From Vulcanimicrobiota bacterium (GTDB taxonomy: Bacteria; Vulcanimicrobiota; Vulcanimicrobiia; Vulcanimicrobiales; Vulcanimicrobiaceae): 64,000 nucleotides of DNA. Both the position numbers and the translations under genes were made by a program. Under the pieces are notes generated by a model. That model saw only the letters and a list, made by a program, of their open reading frames with translations, ran no database searches and had not been told where the DNA came from. Location of the stretch: the NCBI GenBank assembly GCA_963812155.1, contig CAWETW010000004.1, positions 96,001 through 160,000 on the forward strand. The letters are read 5' to 3'. Below are positions 53,549 to 62,300 of this stretch, piece by piece (position 1 is the first letter of the stretch; every line of letters begins with the position of its first letter).

Positions 53549-54213
53549 GGGCGTCGATGCAACGCATTCGCTTCACCGTCGCGTACGCGCTGGTCGCCGT
53601 CGCGGCGCTCGCGTTTGGATCGCCTGCGCCCGCCGCCGTGCAAATGTCGACCGGCATCCGGTACGTGATTCCAACCGGTACCGTCGCCAACTGCAGCGAC
53701 AAGGCCAAGACCGCACTCGGCGCTTACCTTCAGAATCCCGTTGAGAAGACGGCCGGCGGTGGCGAATGGTCGGCAACCGGACCGATCGGCGTCACTGGAC
53801 CGGTCACGGCCGGCGCCGTCGTACGCTGCCTGGCAGCCGCGAAGGGTTACGCCGTAACGTTTACGTGCGTGGTGCAGATTCCGGGAAATCCCTACGATGC
53901 CGACGCGCTCTGCCTCGACATCGCGCACAACTTTTCTGGCAAGCCGGTGAAGCCGCTGCCCACGCCTTCGCCGTTGCCGACCGGCTGCACGCCGGCGAAT
54001 CTCGTCGGCACGTGGACGTCCGACGACAAGCCCGGCCTGACGTTACAAATGGACGTCAACGGCGGTCTCACCGATAGCGACGGCGTCTCCGGCAACTGGA
54101 ACCTGTACGGAAGTACTGCATCGCTTACGTACTACGGCACGCATTCAATGACGCTTTCGCCGGATGGAAAACATTTGCGCGGCAGCGGCTACAACTTCAC
54201 CCGCAAGTGCTAA
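53545..54213 (+). CDS. Secreted Cys-containing protein (paralog B) with C-terminal beta domain
   Basis: Same four-Cys pattern plus a CTPANLVGTW...RKC domain; ATGA overlap. Confidence 0.75.
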   Translation: MRASMQRIRFTVAYALVAVAALAFGSPAPAAVQMSTGIRYVIPTGTVANCSDKAKTALGAYLQNPVEKTAGGGEWSATGPIGVTGPVTAGAVVRCLAAAKGYAVTFTCVVQIPGNPYDADALCLDIAHNFSGKPVKPLPTPSPLPTGCTPANLVGTWTSDDKPGLTLQMDVNGGLTDSDGVSGNWNLYGSTASLTYYGTHSMTLSPDGKHLRGSGYNFTRKC

Positions 54214-54314
54214 AAAGCGCTGATTTTTTGCAAATCTAGGAAGCGACGAACGAAGTTTACTACGGTAAACGAGTTCCGAGCTGACGACGAGTTGCGATAA
54301 ATCAGCGCTTTTTA
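54211..54314 (+). repeat. ~100-bp palindromic intergenic element
   Basis: Terminal IR TAAAAAGCGCTGATTT / AAATCAGCGCTTTTTA with TA at both ends; homologous to the 45.2 kb element. Confidence 0.85.
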
Positions 54315-55004
54315 GGTTCCGTAGCGTCTTTGGCGGAGGGCAAAGGCGTCCAATGCGGTTTGCAGGTGCGTTTCGTTGAAGTCGGGCCAATAGATCGGCG
54401 TGGCCCAAAACTCGGCATAGGCCGATTGAAAAAGCAAGAAATTCGATAGCCGAAGTTCGCCGCCCGTGCGAATCACCAAATCGGGATCGGGCAGGCCCGC
54501 GGTATACAGGCGGCTGCCGACGGCGTGTTCGTCGATGGAATCGGCATCGCGCAATCCGCTGCTCACTTCCCGCGCGAGCGCGCGCACGGCGTCACCGATT
54601 TCGCTGCGCCCGCCATAGTCGATCGCCAGGTTGAGCGTCACCCCGTCGTTGCGCTCGCTTTCGTTCACGAGCGCGTCCAGCGCCGTGCGCGTGCGCGGTG
54701 GAAGACGGTCGTTACGGCCGCACAGCCGCACGCGAACGCCTTCACGTGCGAGCGCGCGCAGTTCGCCGACGGCGGCGCGCGCGCACAGGTCCATGAGCAG
54801 ACTCACTTCGGCTTGCGGACGGTTCCAGTTCTCTTCCGAGAAGGCGAAGGCGGTGACGACGCGTATCTGGGCGCGGCGCGCCGCGCGCAGCGTTTTCCGC
54901 AGCGCGCGAATGCCGCGCTTGTAGCCGTAGGCAATCGGCAGGCCGCGCTGCGTTGCCCAGCGGCGGTTGCCGTCCATGACGATCGCGACGTGGCGCGGCG
55001 TCAC
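54312..55004 (-). CDS. uppS: Polyprenyl (undecaprenyl) diphosphate synthase
   Basis: PRHVAIVMDGNRRWA, FSEENWNRP, YGGR, PDLVIRTGGE.RLSNFLL. Confidence 0.9.
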   Translation of the reverse strand: MTPRHVAIVMDGNRRWATQRGLPIAYGYKRGIRALRKTLRAARRAQIRVVTAFAFSEENWNRPQAEVSLLMDLCARAAVGELRALAREGVRVRLCGRNDRLPPRTRTALDALVNESERNDGVTLNLAIDYGGRSEIGDAVRALAREVSSGLRDADSIDEHAVGSRLYTAGLPDPDLVIRTGGELRLSNFLLFQSAYAEFWATPIYWPDFNETHLQTALDAFALRQRRYGT

Positions 55005-55360
55005 GTCGTCGCCAGCTTGCGGGCGGACGGTGCATCGGCACGCTCGTGCACGTCGCGGACGACGGATTCCAGTTCGTCGACGTAGGCGAGAAAACGCTTG
55101 CGTCCCCGTTTGGTGATGCGATAGAGCGTTACCGGGCGTCCCGAACCGCGCAGCTTCTCGGTGGTCACGATACCGAGATCGGCAAGCGCGTGCACGTGGC
55201 GATTAAGATTGCCGTCGGTGAGATCGCAGGCGGCTTGCAGATCGGTGAACGTCAGTCCATCGGAGTGCGCGATCAAACACGTGCAGATGGCCAGCCGCCC
55301 TCGTTCGTGGAAGATGCGCTCCAGCCCGGGGTAGGCGAAAGGCGCTTCGCGCTCGTTCAT
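55001..55360 (-). CDS. Winged-helix transcriptional regulator (HTH_34/ArsR-like)
   Basis: FHERGRLAI, F.DL....LTDGNL.RH, T.Y.IT..GR. Confidence 0.9.
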   Translation of the reverse strand: MNEREAPFAYPGLERIFHERGRLAICTCLIAHSDGLTFTDLQAACDLTDGNLNRHVHALADLGIVTTEKLRGSGRPVTLYRITKRGRKRFLAYVDELESVVRDVHERADAPSARKLATT

Positions 55361-55956
55361 GACGCGCGCTGCCGCCAAATGAGGGTGCCGATCGCGATTT
55401 GCCCGATGCCGAAGCCGAGCGGCATCACCCACCATGCGAGCGAGTACTCCGAGAACCGCGTCACGAGAAAAATCAGCGCCAGCGCCGAGAAGGCTAACGT
55501 TACGGAAAGCGTCGCCGCCGGGATCGCGCCGCGCGAAGCAAACAAACCGAGCGCGTATACCGCGAACCACATTCCGGGAAGCAAGACGTAGGCTTGATGG
55601 TCGAGGAGCGCAACCGTGAGCGCGCCGCCCAGCGCCACGCTCGGTGCGATTGAGCGGGCCGCCGTGCGGAACTGGCTCTGTACCCCCGGTCCGCGGTGCT
55701 TCATCATCCAGACCGCGACGGCGCCGTAATTGAGGGCGAGGGCGACCGCCAGGCACGACATCCAGATCGTCACGTAGGCGTGCAGCGCTTCGGGCGTAGC
55801 CGGCAGCGGAGCGACGGTGAACTGCACGTATCCGGCGATCAAGGCGGCAAGACCGCTGGCGAAGGCCGCCGGCCCCGAGTACCCTTCGAAGCGTTGCACG
55901 TGAGCCAGCCGATCCCGGACCTCGGCCAAATCCGACAGCGCCTGCTGCAAGTCCAT
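55357..55956 (-). CDS. Membrane protein
   Basis: ALSDLAEVR N-terminal helix, about 6 TM; first gene of the wHTH-uppS operon. Confidence 0.8.
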   Translation of the reverse strand: MDLQQALSDLAEVRDRLAHVQRFEGYSGPAAFASGLAALIAGYVQFTVAPLPATPEALHAYVTIWMSCLAVALALNYGAVAVWMMKHRGPGVQSQFRTAARSIAPSVALGGALTVALLDHQAYVLLPGMWFAVYALGLFASRGAIPAATLSVTLAFSALALIFLVTRFSEYSLAWWVMPLGFGIGQIAIGTLIWRQRAS

Positions 55957-55968
55957 CCTTATCCTTTG

Positions 55969-56006
55969 CTTTGCATCACAAAGCCTTTATTCTTTGTATC
56001 ACAGAG
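55969..56006. promoter_or_regulatory. Two CTTTG-N5-CAAAG palindromes, putative autoregulatory operators
   Basis: CTTTGCATCACAAAG (55969-83) and CTTTGTATCACAGAG (55992-56006). Confidence 0.7.
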
Positions 56007-56036
56007 TAAAGCTGATGGCAAGCGGGTGCTCCGCAA

Positions 56037-56447
56037 TTAGCAAGCGAGGCAACGGATGTGCCGGGTGGCGCGGGCGTATTCGTGCAGTTGCCGGTCGCGC
56101 GTCATCAGCTTGGCCCCAAGAGACGCTGCCGTCGAGACCAGGATTCGATCTGCCGGATCGGCGTGCAGACGCCCGGGAAGGGTCGTCGCGCCGGCGGCAG
56201 TTGCGGGCGTGAGGGTGGCCGTCACGACGCCCCGGCGGCCGAAAAGTGCGCGCACGTAATCCGCGACGGGCATAGCCAGCGCGAGCCTGCCCGTTTTGAC
56301 GAGCACTCCAATCTCCCACGCACTAATAGGCGAGAGCAACAACTCATTTCGCGAAGCGGCATCGTCGATAGCCGCGGTCACGGACTTCGAGAGCCGGCCT
56401 TCAACGGCCCAGACCGCAGCGTGGGTATCAAGCAAAATTGGGTTCAT
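56037..56447 (-). CDS. VapC PIN-domain toxin
   Basis: ILLDTH..W, SAWEI, H.DPADR, LMTRD. Confidence 0.92.
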   Translation of the reverse strand: MNPILLDTHAAVWAVEGRLSKSVTAAIDDAASRNELLLSPISAWEIGVLVKTGRLALAMPVADYVRALFGRRGVVTATLTPATAAGATTLPGRLHADPADRILVSTAASLGAKLMTRDRQLHEYARATRHIRCLAC

Positions 56448-56727
56448 CTGCCTCCCACTCGACACCGGTCGGCGAGATCAGGTCACCGGCTTTAACGATG
56501 ACCCCGCTCAACGAACCACAGAACGCTTCGGCATCCGAAATGGGCAGGAGCCGCGCTACCGGCCGTCTGTGTTTTGTAATAACGATTTCGGCGCCCAATC
56601 GCTCGACCTCGTCCATGATTTCGAGACAGCGCGCCTTGAATTCGGCGGCCCCGACTTCGCGAGACCGCAGCATCAGCAACGATACCGGGTTTTCCGATTT
56701 TTTCGACCCTTTTTTATTTGTGGTCAT
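56428..56727 (-). CDS. Phd/YefM family antitoxin
   Basis: AAEFKARCLEIMDEV..IVITK..RPVARL. Confidence 0.9.
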   Translation of the reverse strand: MTTNKKGSKKSENPVSLLMLRSREVGAAEFKARCLEIMDEVERLGAEIVITKHRRPVARLLPISDAEAFCGSLSGVIVKAGDLISPTGVEWEADEPNFA

Positions 56728-56796
56728 ATGTTATTACCACTATATCAAGGCCAGATTTTGTCCGTCGACCGGCCCGCGGCGCCGGCCCGGCGCCTG

Positions 56797-56825
56797 TTGC
56801 ATCGCCGCTGGCCGTATGCTATAGT
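56797..56825 (+). promoter_or_regulatory. Sigma70 promoter of the leader-peptide transcript
   Basis: TTGCAT-N17-TATAGT with extended -10 TG. Confidence 0.8.
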
Positions 56826-56837
56826 GGCGCTCACATT

Positions 56838-56912
56838 ATGTTGAACCTGGTGTCCGCGCAATCGTATTATTATCCGACCGGCTTCCATCGGCTCGGCGTG
56901 CTATTGCGTTAA
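56838..56912 (+). CDS. Attenuator leader peptide MLNLVSAQSYYYPTGFHRLGVLLR
   Basis: ATG 12 nt after the -10 box; TAT TAT TAT at 56865-73; overlaps the antiterminator arm. Confidence 0.8.
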   Translation: MLNLVSAQSYYYPTGFHRLGVLLR

Positions 56913-56967
56913 CGAAAGACTAAGAGGAACCAGCAAAGCCGTCTCGCCGATGCGAGGCGGTTTTTTT
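56886..56967 (+). terminator. Attenuator: antiterminator (56886-902 with 56932-952) versus terminator (56935-967)
   Basis: CATCGGC/GCCGATG, CGGC/GCCG and TGCT/AGCA compete with AAAGCCGTCTCGC-CGAT-GCGAGGCGGTTT plus T tract. Confidence 0.8.
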
Positions 56968-56986
56968 GTTTTTGTAAGGAGATTGC

Positions 56987-57760
56987 ATGTCCGCCACAAT
57001 CGATTCCGTTCCGAGCCTCGCCGCCTTCAGGCGATCCGTCGCCGGCTGCATCGAAGGCCATCCGATCGTGCGCGCTAACCGCTACGCGGCGTGGTTCTCG
57101 CGCGGGGACGCGACGCTCGACGAACTGCGGGCCTTCACGGTGCAGTTTTCGGTTTTTAGCCATCTCTTCATTGAGGCACAGCTGCGCAAGTGCATCAACG
57201 CGCCCGACATGCAGAGTTACCGGGCCGGCAAGGAGATTCTCCTCAACGAGTTGGGGGTAGTCTTTGCGCCTTCGGGCAGCATCGAAGGCGGAACGTTTCG
57301 CTTCTCGGCGGGCCACTTCGAATGGCTCGCCCGATTCGCCGAAGCATTGGGCCTCGAGTGGAACGACATCGGAAAGCGTTCGCTCGGAACGCCGGCGACG
57401 CTGGCCTTTTGCGACGCGCTCATGGACTGGTATGGGTCGAGCGATCCGTCGACGGCGGCGGGAGCATCGCACGCGATCGAACACTGGGCTGCCGCAGGAT
57501 TTTGGAAGGAGTTGATCGCCGGTTTACGGCTCGTCAAAGCCCGCTCGTTACCGGACCTTCCGCTCGGCTTTTGGACGTGGCACGATGCGCTGGAAGATCA
57601 ACATGCCGCCCACACCGACGAGGAGCTTTGCGAAGCGTTCAAGAGCCCGGGTTTTTCGCCGGACCGATTCATCGCCTCGGGACGTGCGATGCTCGATGCC
57701 GTAGCGGAGTTCTGGAATGGTCTGGACGAGTCTCGTCTGATGCGATCGACGGCAGCGTAA
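56987..57760 (+). CDS. Heme-oxygenase-like diiron oxidase (CADD/PqqC/TenA fold)
   Basis: HP near the N-terminus; NELG..H, AIEH and H-x3-E-x2-H (WHDALEDQH) ligand pattern; FWNGL C-terminus; TAAGGAG RBS. Confidence 0.8.
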   Translation: MSATIDSVPSLAAFRRSVAGCIEGHPIVRANRYAAWFSRGDATLDELRAFTVQFSVFSHLFIEAQLRKCINAPDMQSYRAGKEILLNELGVVFAPSGSIEGGTFRFSAGHFEWLARFAEALGLEWNDIGKRSLGTPATLAFCDALMDWYGSSDPSTAAGASHAIEHWAAAGFWKELIAGLRLVKARSLPDLPLGFWTWHDALEDQHAAHTDEELCEAFKSPGFSPDRFIASGRAMLDAVAEFWNGLDESRLMRSTAA

Positions 57761-57779
57761 GAACGTGAGGGCGGGTGAC

Positions 57780-58145
57780 TTACTCCGGCGGCTGCCACAG
57801 TTCGATGGGATTCCCCTCGGGGTCGTGCAGACGAGCGAAACGTCCAACGTCCGGATAGGACTCCGGGTCATTCACCTCAATTCCCGCCGATCGCAGTTGC
57901 TCGATCGTTTTGTCGAGATCGCGCACTCGAAAGTTCACCATCCAGGCTTTGCGAGTGTCGCCGAAATAGTCGGTCGTTTCGGGAAAAGGCGTGATAAGGG
58001 TCGGTCCGGCCTCTTGTTGCCACACGTCTGTGCCCTCGCTCGTCGGCGTGAGCGGTATCCCTAAGTGCTCGAGGTACCAACGACCTAAGGCTTCCGGATC
58101 GTGAGCTCGGAAGAACAACCCTCCGATCCCGGATACTTTTTCCAT
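57780..58145 (-). CDS. VOC/glyoxalase family protein
   Basis: GIGGLFFR, WY..HLG, NFRV.DLD, DPEGNPIELW. Confidence 0.92.
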   Translation of the reverse strand: MEKVSGIGGLFFRAHDPEALGRWYLEHLGIPLTPTSEGTDVWQQEAGPTLITPFPETTDYFGDTRKAWMVNFRVRDLDKTIEQLRSAGIEVNDPESYPDVGRFARLHDPEGNPIELWQPPE

Positions 58146-58200
58146 ACCATTCTTTCATATTGATGCGGCCGACGCACCTTTACGAAATGAAAAAGCCCGA

Positions 58201-58282
58201 GCGAAAATCGCCGGCCCTTCGACTGCGCCTGTCCTGAGCGGAGCGTGCGAAGCACGCGTAGTCGAAGGGCTCAGGATGACAA
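58201..58282 (-). repeat. REP-like repeat (GTCATCCTGAGC...GAAGG family), nested form
   Basis: TGTCATCCTGAGCCCTTCGAC...GCTCAGGACA..GTCGAAGGGCCGGCGATTTTCGC just after the ssb stop. Confidence 0.75.
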
Positions 58283-58290
58283 GTAGAAAG

Positions 58291-58746
58291 CTAAAACGGG
58301 ATCTCGTCGTCGAGTTCGTCGCCGAAACCATCGCCGCCCGGCGATGCGGCCGGCGCTGCGGCGCCGGCGCGTCCGCCGTTGTGACCGCCGTACTCGGCGC
58401 TGTCGTCACCGCCGCCTCCGGCGGAGTCGCGGCGCGAGCCGAGCATCTGCATGTTGTCGATGACGACTTCGGTGGCTTTGCGTTTGTTGCCGTCTTTGTC
58501 GTCATAGGAGCGAATGACGAGGCGCCCCTCGACGAGCGCGTTCATCCCCTTCTTGAGGTACGTGTTGCACGTTTCGCCGAGACGATCCCACGCGACGATG
58601 TCGACGAAGGTCGTCTCCTCTTTGTTGCGCGGATTGTTCACCGCCAGCGTGAATTTCGTGACGCCTTTCCCCGACTGCAAGTAGCGGATCTCCGGGTCGC
58701 GCGTCAAGTTGCCGACCAGAATCACTCGATTGTACGAACCTGCCAT
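58291..58746 (-). CDS. ssb: Single-stranded DNA-binding protein
   Basis: NRVILVGNLTRDPE, VEGRL, C-terminal DDEIPF. Confidence 0.97.
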   Translation of the reverse strand: MAGSYNRVILVGNLTRDPEIRYLQSGKGVTKFTLAVNNPRNKEETTFVDIVAWDRLGETCNTYLKKGMNALVEGRLVIRSYDDKDGNKRKATEVVIDNMQMLGSRRDSAGGGGDDSAEYGGHNGGRAGAAAPAASPGGDGFGDELDDEIPF

Positions 58747-58785
58747 CGCTTTCTCTCTTTCGCTCTTTCGATTATGCCTGCAGGG

Positions 58786-59136
58786 CTAGAACGCTGGGAC
58801 GGGGGCGGGCGGCGTCGCTGCCGCAACGGCAGCCATGTGCGCAATCATCTTCGCATCGAGCTTCACAACGAGGGCGCGCAGGACGTCTTCGTGCAGCTTT
58901 AGCAGGCGCTCGAGTTCTTTCGATCCGGCGCCGTCGCTCTGGAAGTGCATGACGACGTAGTAGCCCTCGCGCACGTCGGCGATCTCGTAGGCGAGCCGCT
59001 TCTTTCCGAGCTTCTCGACGTTGACGACTTCCCCGCGCTGGTTTTTCACGATCTCGGCGATCGCGGCGGCGCGCTCCTCGACCTCGTTTTCCTCGAGGGA
59101 GGGGCGCAGAATATAGGTTACCTCGTAATCGGTCAT
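58786..59136 (-). CDS. rpsF: 30S ribosomal protein S6
   Basis: YE..YILRP, GKKRLAYEI, EGYY, VLR. Confidence 0.97.
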   Translation of the reverse strand: MTDYEVTYILRPSLEENEVEERAAAIAEIVKNQRGEVVNVEKLGKKRLAYEIADVREGYYVVMHFQSDGAGSKELERLLKLHEDVLRALVVKLDAKMIAHMAAVAAATPPAPVPAF

Positions 59137-59231
59137 GATTTCCCATCTACGGACGTCCGCTTGGCGGACGGCCCGCCTAGCGCGGCGGGCAGCGGGTGAG
59201 CCGCGGGCCGCTCGGGCCCCGGAACTCCCGC

Positions 59232-59261
59232 ATCCTATCACACGTTTCGGGGCGCCAGCAA
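59232..59261 (-). promoter_or_regulatory. Putative sigma70 promoter of rpsF
   Basis: TTGCTG-N18-TAGGAT with extended -10 TG. Confidence 0.5.
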
Positions 59262-59368
59262 TGACCCTCGGGCGGCATCTCGAACTCAATTCCCACCCGT
59301 TGCTCAGGAAACCCGAAGCCGGCTTGCTTAGGCTTCAGCAAGGAGACTAAAGGGAATAGCAACCTAGA

Positions 59369-62300
59369 GTGCCGATCGCTAAGTTCGCCGTCCACCGACG
59401 CGTAGCCGTCTCGATGATCGCACTCGCGATCGTCGTCCTGGGCGTCTTTGCGGTTCCGCGACTTCCGATTTCGCTGCTCCCCAACTTTACTCAACCGGTC
59501 GTTACCGTTTCGGTAACGTACCCGAACGTCGGCCCGCAGCAGATGGAGACGCTGATCACGCGTCCCATCGAGAACGCCGTCAGCCGCGTCAACGGCATCC
59601 AGCAGATCAACTCCAGCAGCTCCGAAGGCAACAGCAGCGTCACCGCGCAGTTCTACTTCGGCACCAATATCGATACGGCCGCGGTCGACGTCCAGGAACA
59701 AGTGTCGCGCATTTGGGGGACGTTGCCCAACGACCCGAACCTTCAGCAGCCGGTCATCACGAAGTTCGATTCCAACTCGCTGCCGGTCGTGCGCATGTTC
59801 GTCACGGATCCGAACATGACGCTGCGCGATCTCGGCGACCTGTTCACGAACGTGTTGAGCGACCAGTTCTCGTCCATCAACGGCGTCGCGGCGGTGACCG
59901 TCGGCAACGACCAGCAGCGCGCGATCATGATCGAGCCCAACACCGACGCTTTAGCGGTGAACGGCATCTCGCTGCAGCAGATCATGCAGCGCATCGCCGA
60001 AGAGAACATCAACCTGCCGGCCGGCGTGGTGCAGGTCGGCAAGAGCGAGTACTTGGTTCGCGCCAGCGCGCTGCTGCAATCGGCCAAGGAAACCGGGCAG
60101 CTCATCGTCACCACCAAGAACGGCGCGCCGATTCGCCTCGATCAAGTCGCCAAAGTCAGCGACTCGATCCTCGAGCAGCGCACGTTCCAGCGACTCAACG
60201 GCACGCCGGCGGTCGGCGTCACCATCAATGCCCAACCTGACGCCAATATCGTGGCGACCGCCGTTGGCGTCAATGCCAAGATCAAGGAACTGCAACAGCG
60301 CTATCCCGGCATGCACTTCGCCGTCGTCTTCGGACAGGAAGGCTACATTCGCGAAGCGATCGCTGCGCTCGAGCACACCGCCATTTACGGCGCGATTCTC
60401 GCCATCGTGGTCATCCTGCTCTTCCTGCACTCGTGGCGTTCGACCCTGATCGTCGCGGTATCGCTTCCCGTCTCGGTGCTCGGCACGCTCTTCGCCGCAT
60501 ACGTCTGCGGCTATTCGCTCAACATCATGACGCTCGGAGGGTTGGCACTCGCCGTAGGCTTGATCGTTGACGACGCGATCGTCGTCATCGAAAACATCTA
60601 CCGGCACATGGCGCGCGGACAGACGCCGATGGAGGCCGCCGAGACGGCAACCGCCGAGATTTTCTCAGCGGTCCTCGCGTCGTCGATTACGGTCATCACC
60701 GTGTTCGTGCCGCTCGTGCTGATTCCGGGATTGCAGGGCCTGATCTTCACGCCGTTCGCCGTGATGGTCATGGTCGCGGTAGGACTCTCGCTGCTCGTGG
60801 CGGTCACGCAAGTGCCGATGCTCTCGTCGGTGATTTTGCGGAAGAAACCGGCAGGTACGAACGGTGCGGCGACCAACGGCAAAGGGCGCGGCGCGTACGC
60901 GCGCTTTTCACGCGCCTTCGACCACCACTACGAGCGGTTCGCTCAATGGTACACGCGGCTGCTCGGCCGCGCGATCGATCGGCCCGGCATCGTGTTCGGC
61001 ATCGCCGGCGCCGTCATGCTGGTGACGCTCGTCGCCGCCGCGCTGGGAGCCGTAAAAACCGAGCTCTTTCCCTCGTCGAACTCCGGCTTCGCTCGCTTCA
61101 ACCTGCAAATGCCCACCGGCACGGCCCTTTCCGGCATGAACCAGGTCACGATCGACGTCGAGAACCGCATGCGCAAAGACGCGCGCGTGTCGGACGTTGG
61201 ATCGCTCGTGGGCTCGAGCGGTCCGGTCGGCGGCACGCAGGTCACCAACGTCGCGAGCCTTTCGGTGACGCTCAAACCCGGGGTCGTCGGCAATCAAGCA
61301 CAGCGCTTCGTCACGCAATGGACGGCTGCGCTGACAGGTTCGCGTTCGGCGAGCAGCCGCGGCCACGGGACCACGTCGTTCACACCCCAGCAAATCCGGC
61401 AGCTTCGCGCGAGCTTCGGAAATCCGATACCCGGGCTGCAAGTCTTTGGCCGCACCGTCGACATCGTGCAAAACATCATTTCGCGCGGGCAGGACGCGCT
61501 GCAGATTCAAATCTTCGGACCCGACATCAACAAACTCTACGATCTCGCCGAGTTTACGGCCATCCCCAAACTCCAGTCGTCGATCGTCGGTTTGCAGCCG
61601 CCTCAGCCCGGCATCACGACCGCGCAGCCCGAAATCGACGTGAGCGTCGACCGCGCAACCGCCGCGCAGCTGGGCGTGAGCACGCAAACGATTTCGCAGG
61701 TGGTCGACATCGCGACCGCCGGACAAACCGCATCCTTCATGCAAATCAACGGAACGCAATATCCAATCGAGGTGCAGTTGCCGGCGGCTCAGCGCCGCAG
61801 CCTGCAGACGATTCAAAGCCTGATGATTCCGGTCTCGACCGTCGCGACGGGATTGGTCGTCAACAACTCCTCGACGGCGCCGATCTCCGCCGGCACGAAC
61901 GGGGCCCTCTCGCTCAACACGGCGTCGGGCCCGAACGGCAGCTTTACGTTGCAGACGATGCCGCTCTCGGAACTGGCGAAGATCACCTTCGGCGCCGGGC
62001 CCTCCGAAATCACGCGGCAGAACAAGCAACGCGAGATCGACATCAACGCCGGCTTGAACATTCCGCTCGGCGACGCCGTTACGCAGGCGACCAAGGTCAT
62101 GAACTCGATCACGCTTCCGCCGGGTTATTACTGGGCCTTCGGACCGCAAGTGCTGCAGCAGGGGCAAACCTTTTCGAGTCTCGGACTTATCGTCGCGCTG
62201 GCAATCGTGCTCATTTACATGCTGCTGGCGTCGCAGTTCGAATCGGTACTGCACCCGCTGGTCATCATGGTCGCCGTCCCGCTGGCGTCGGCCGGCGTCG

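Noticed and set aside
56913..56967. T-box or metabolite riboswitch before the HDO gene
   Set aside because: The leader is too short for T-box stem I and has no GGTGGnACC motif; the uORF explains the architecture.
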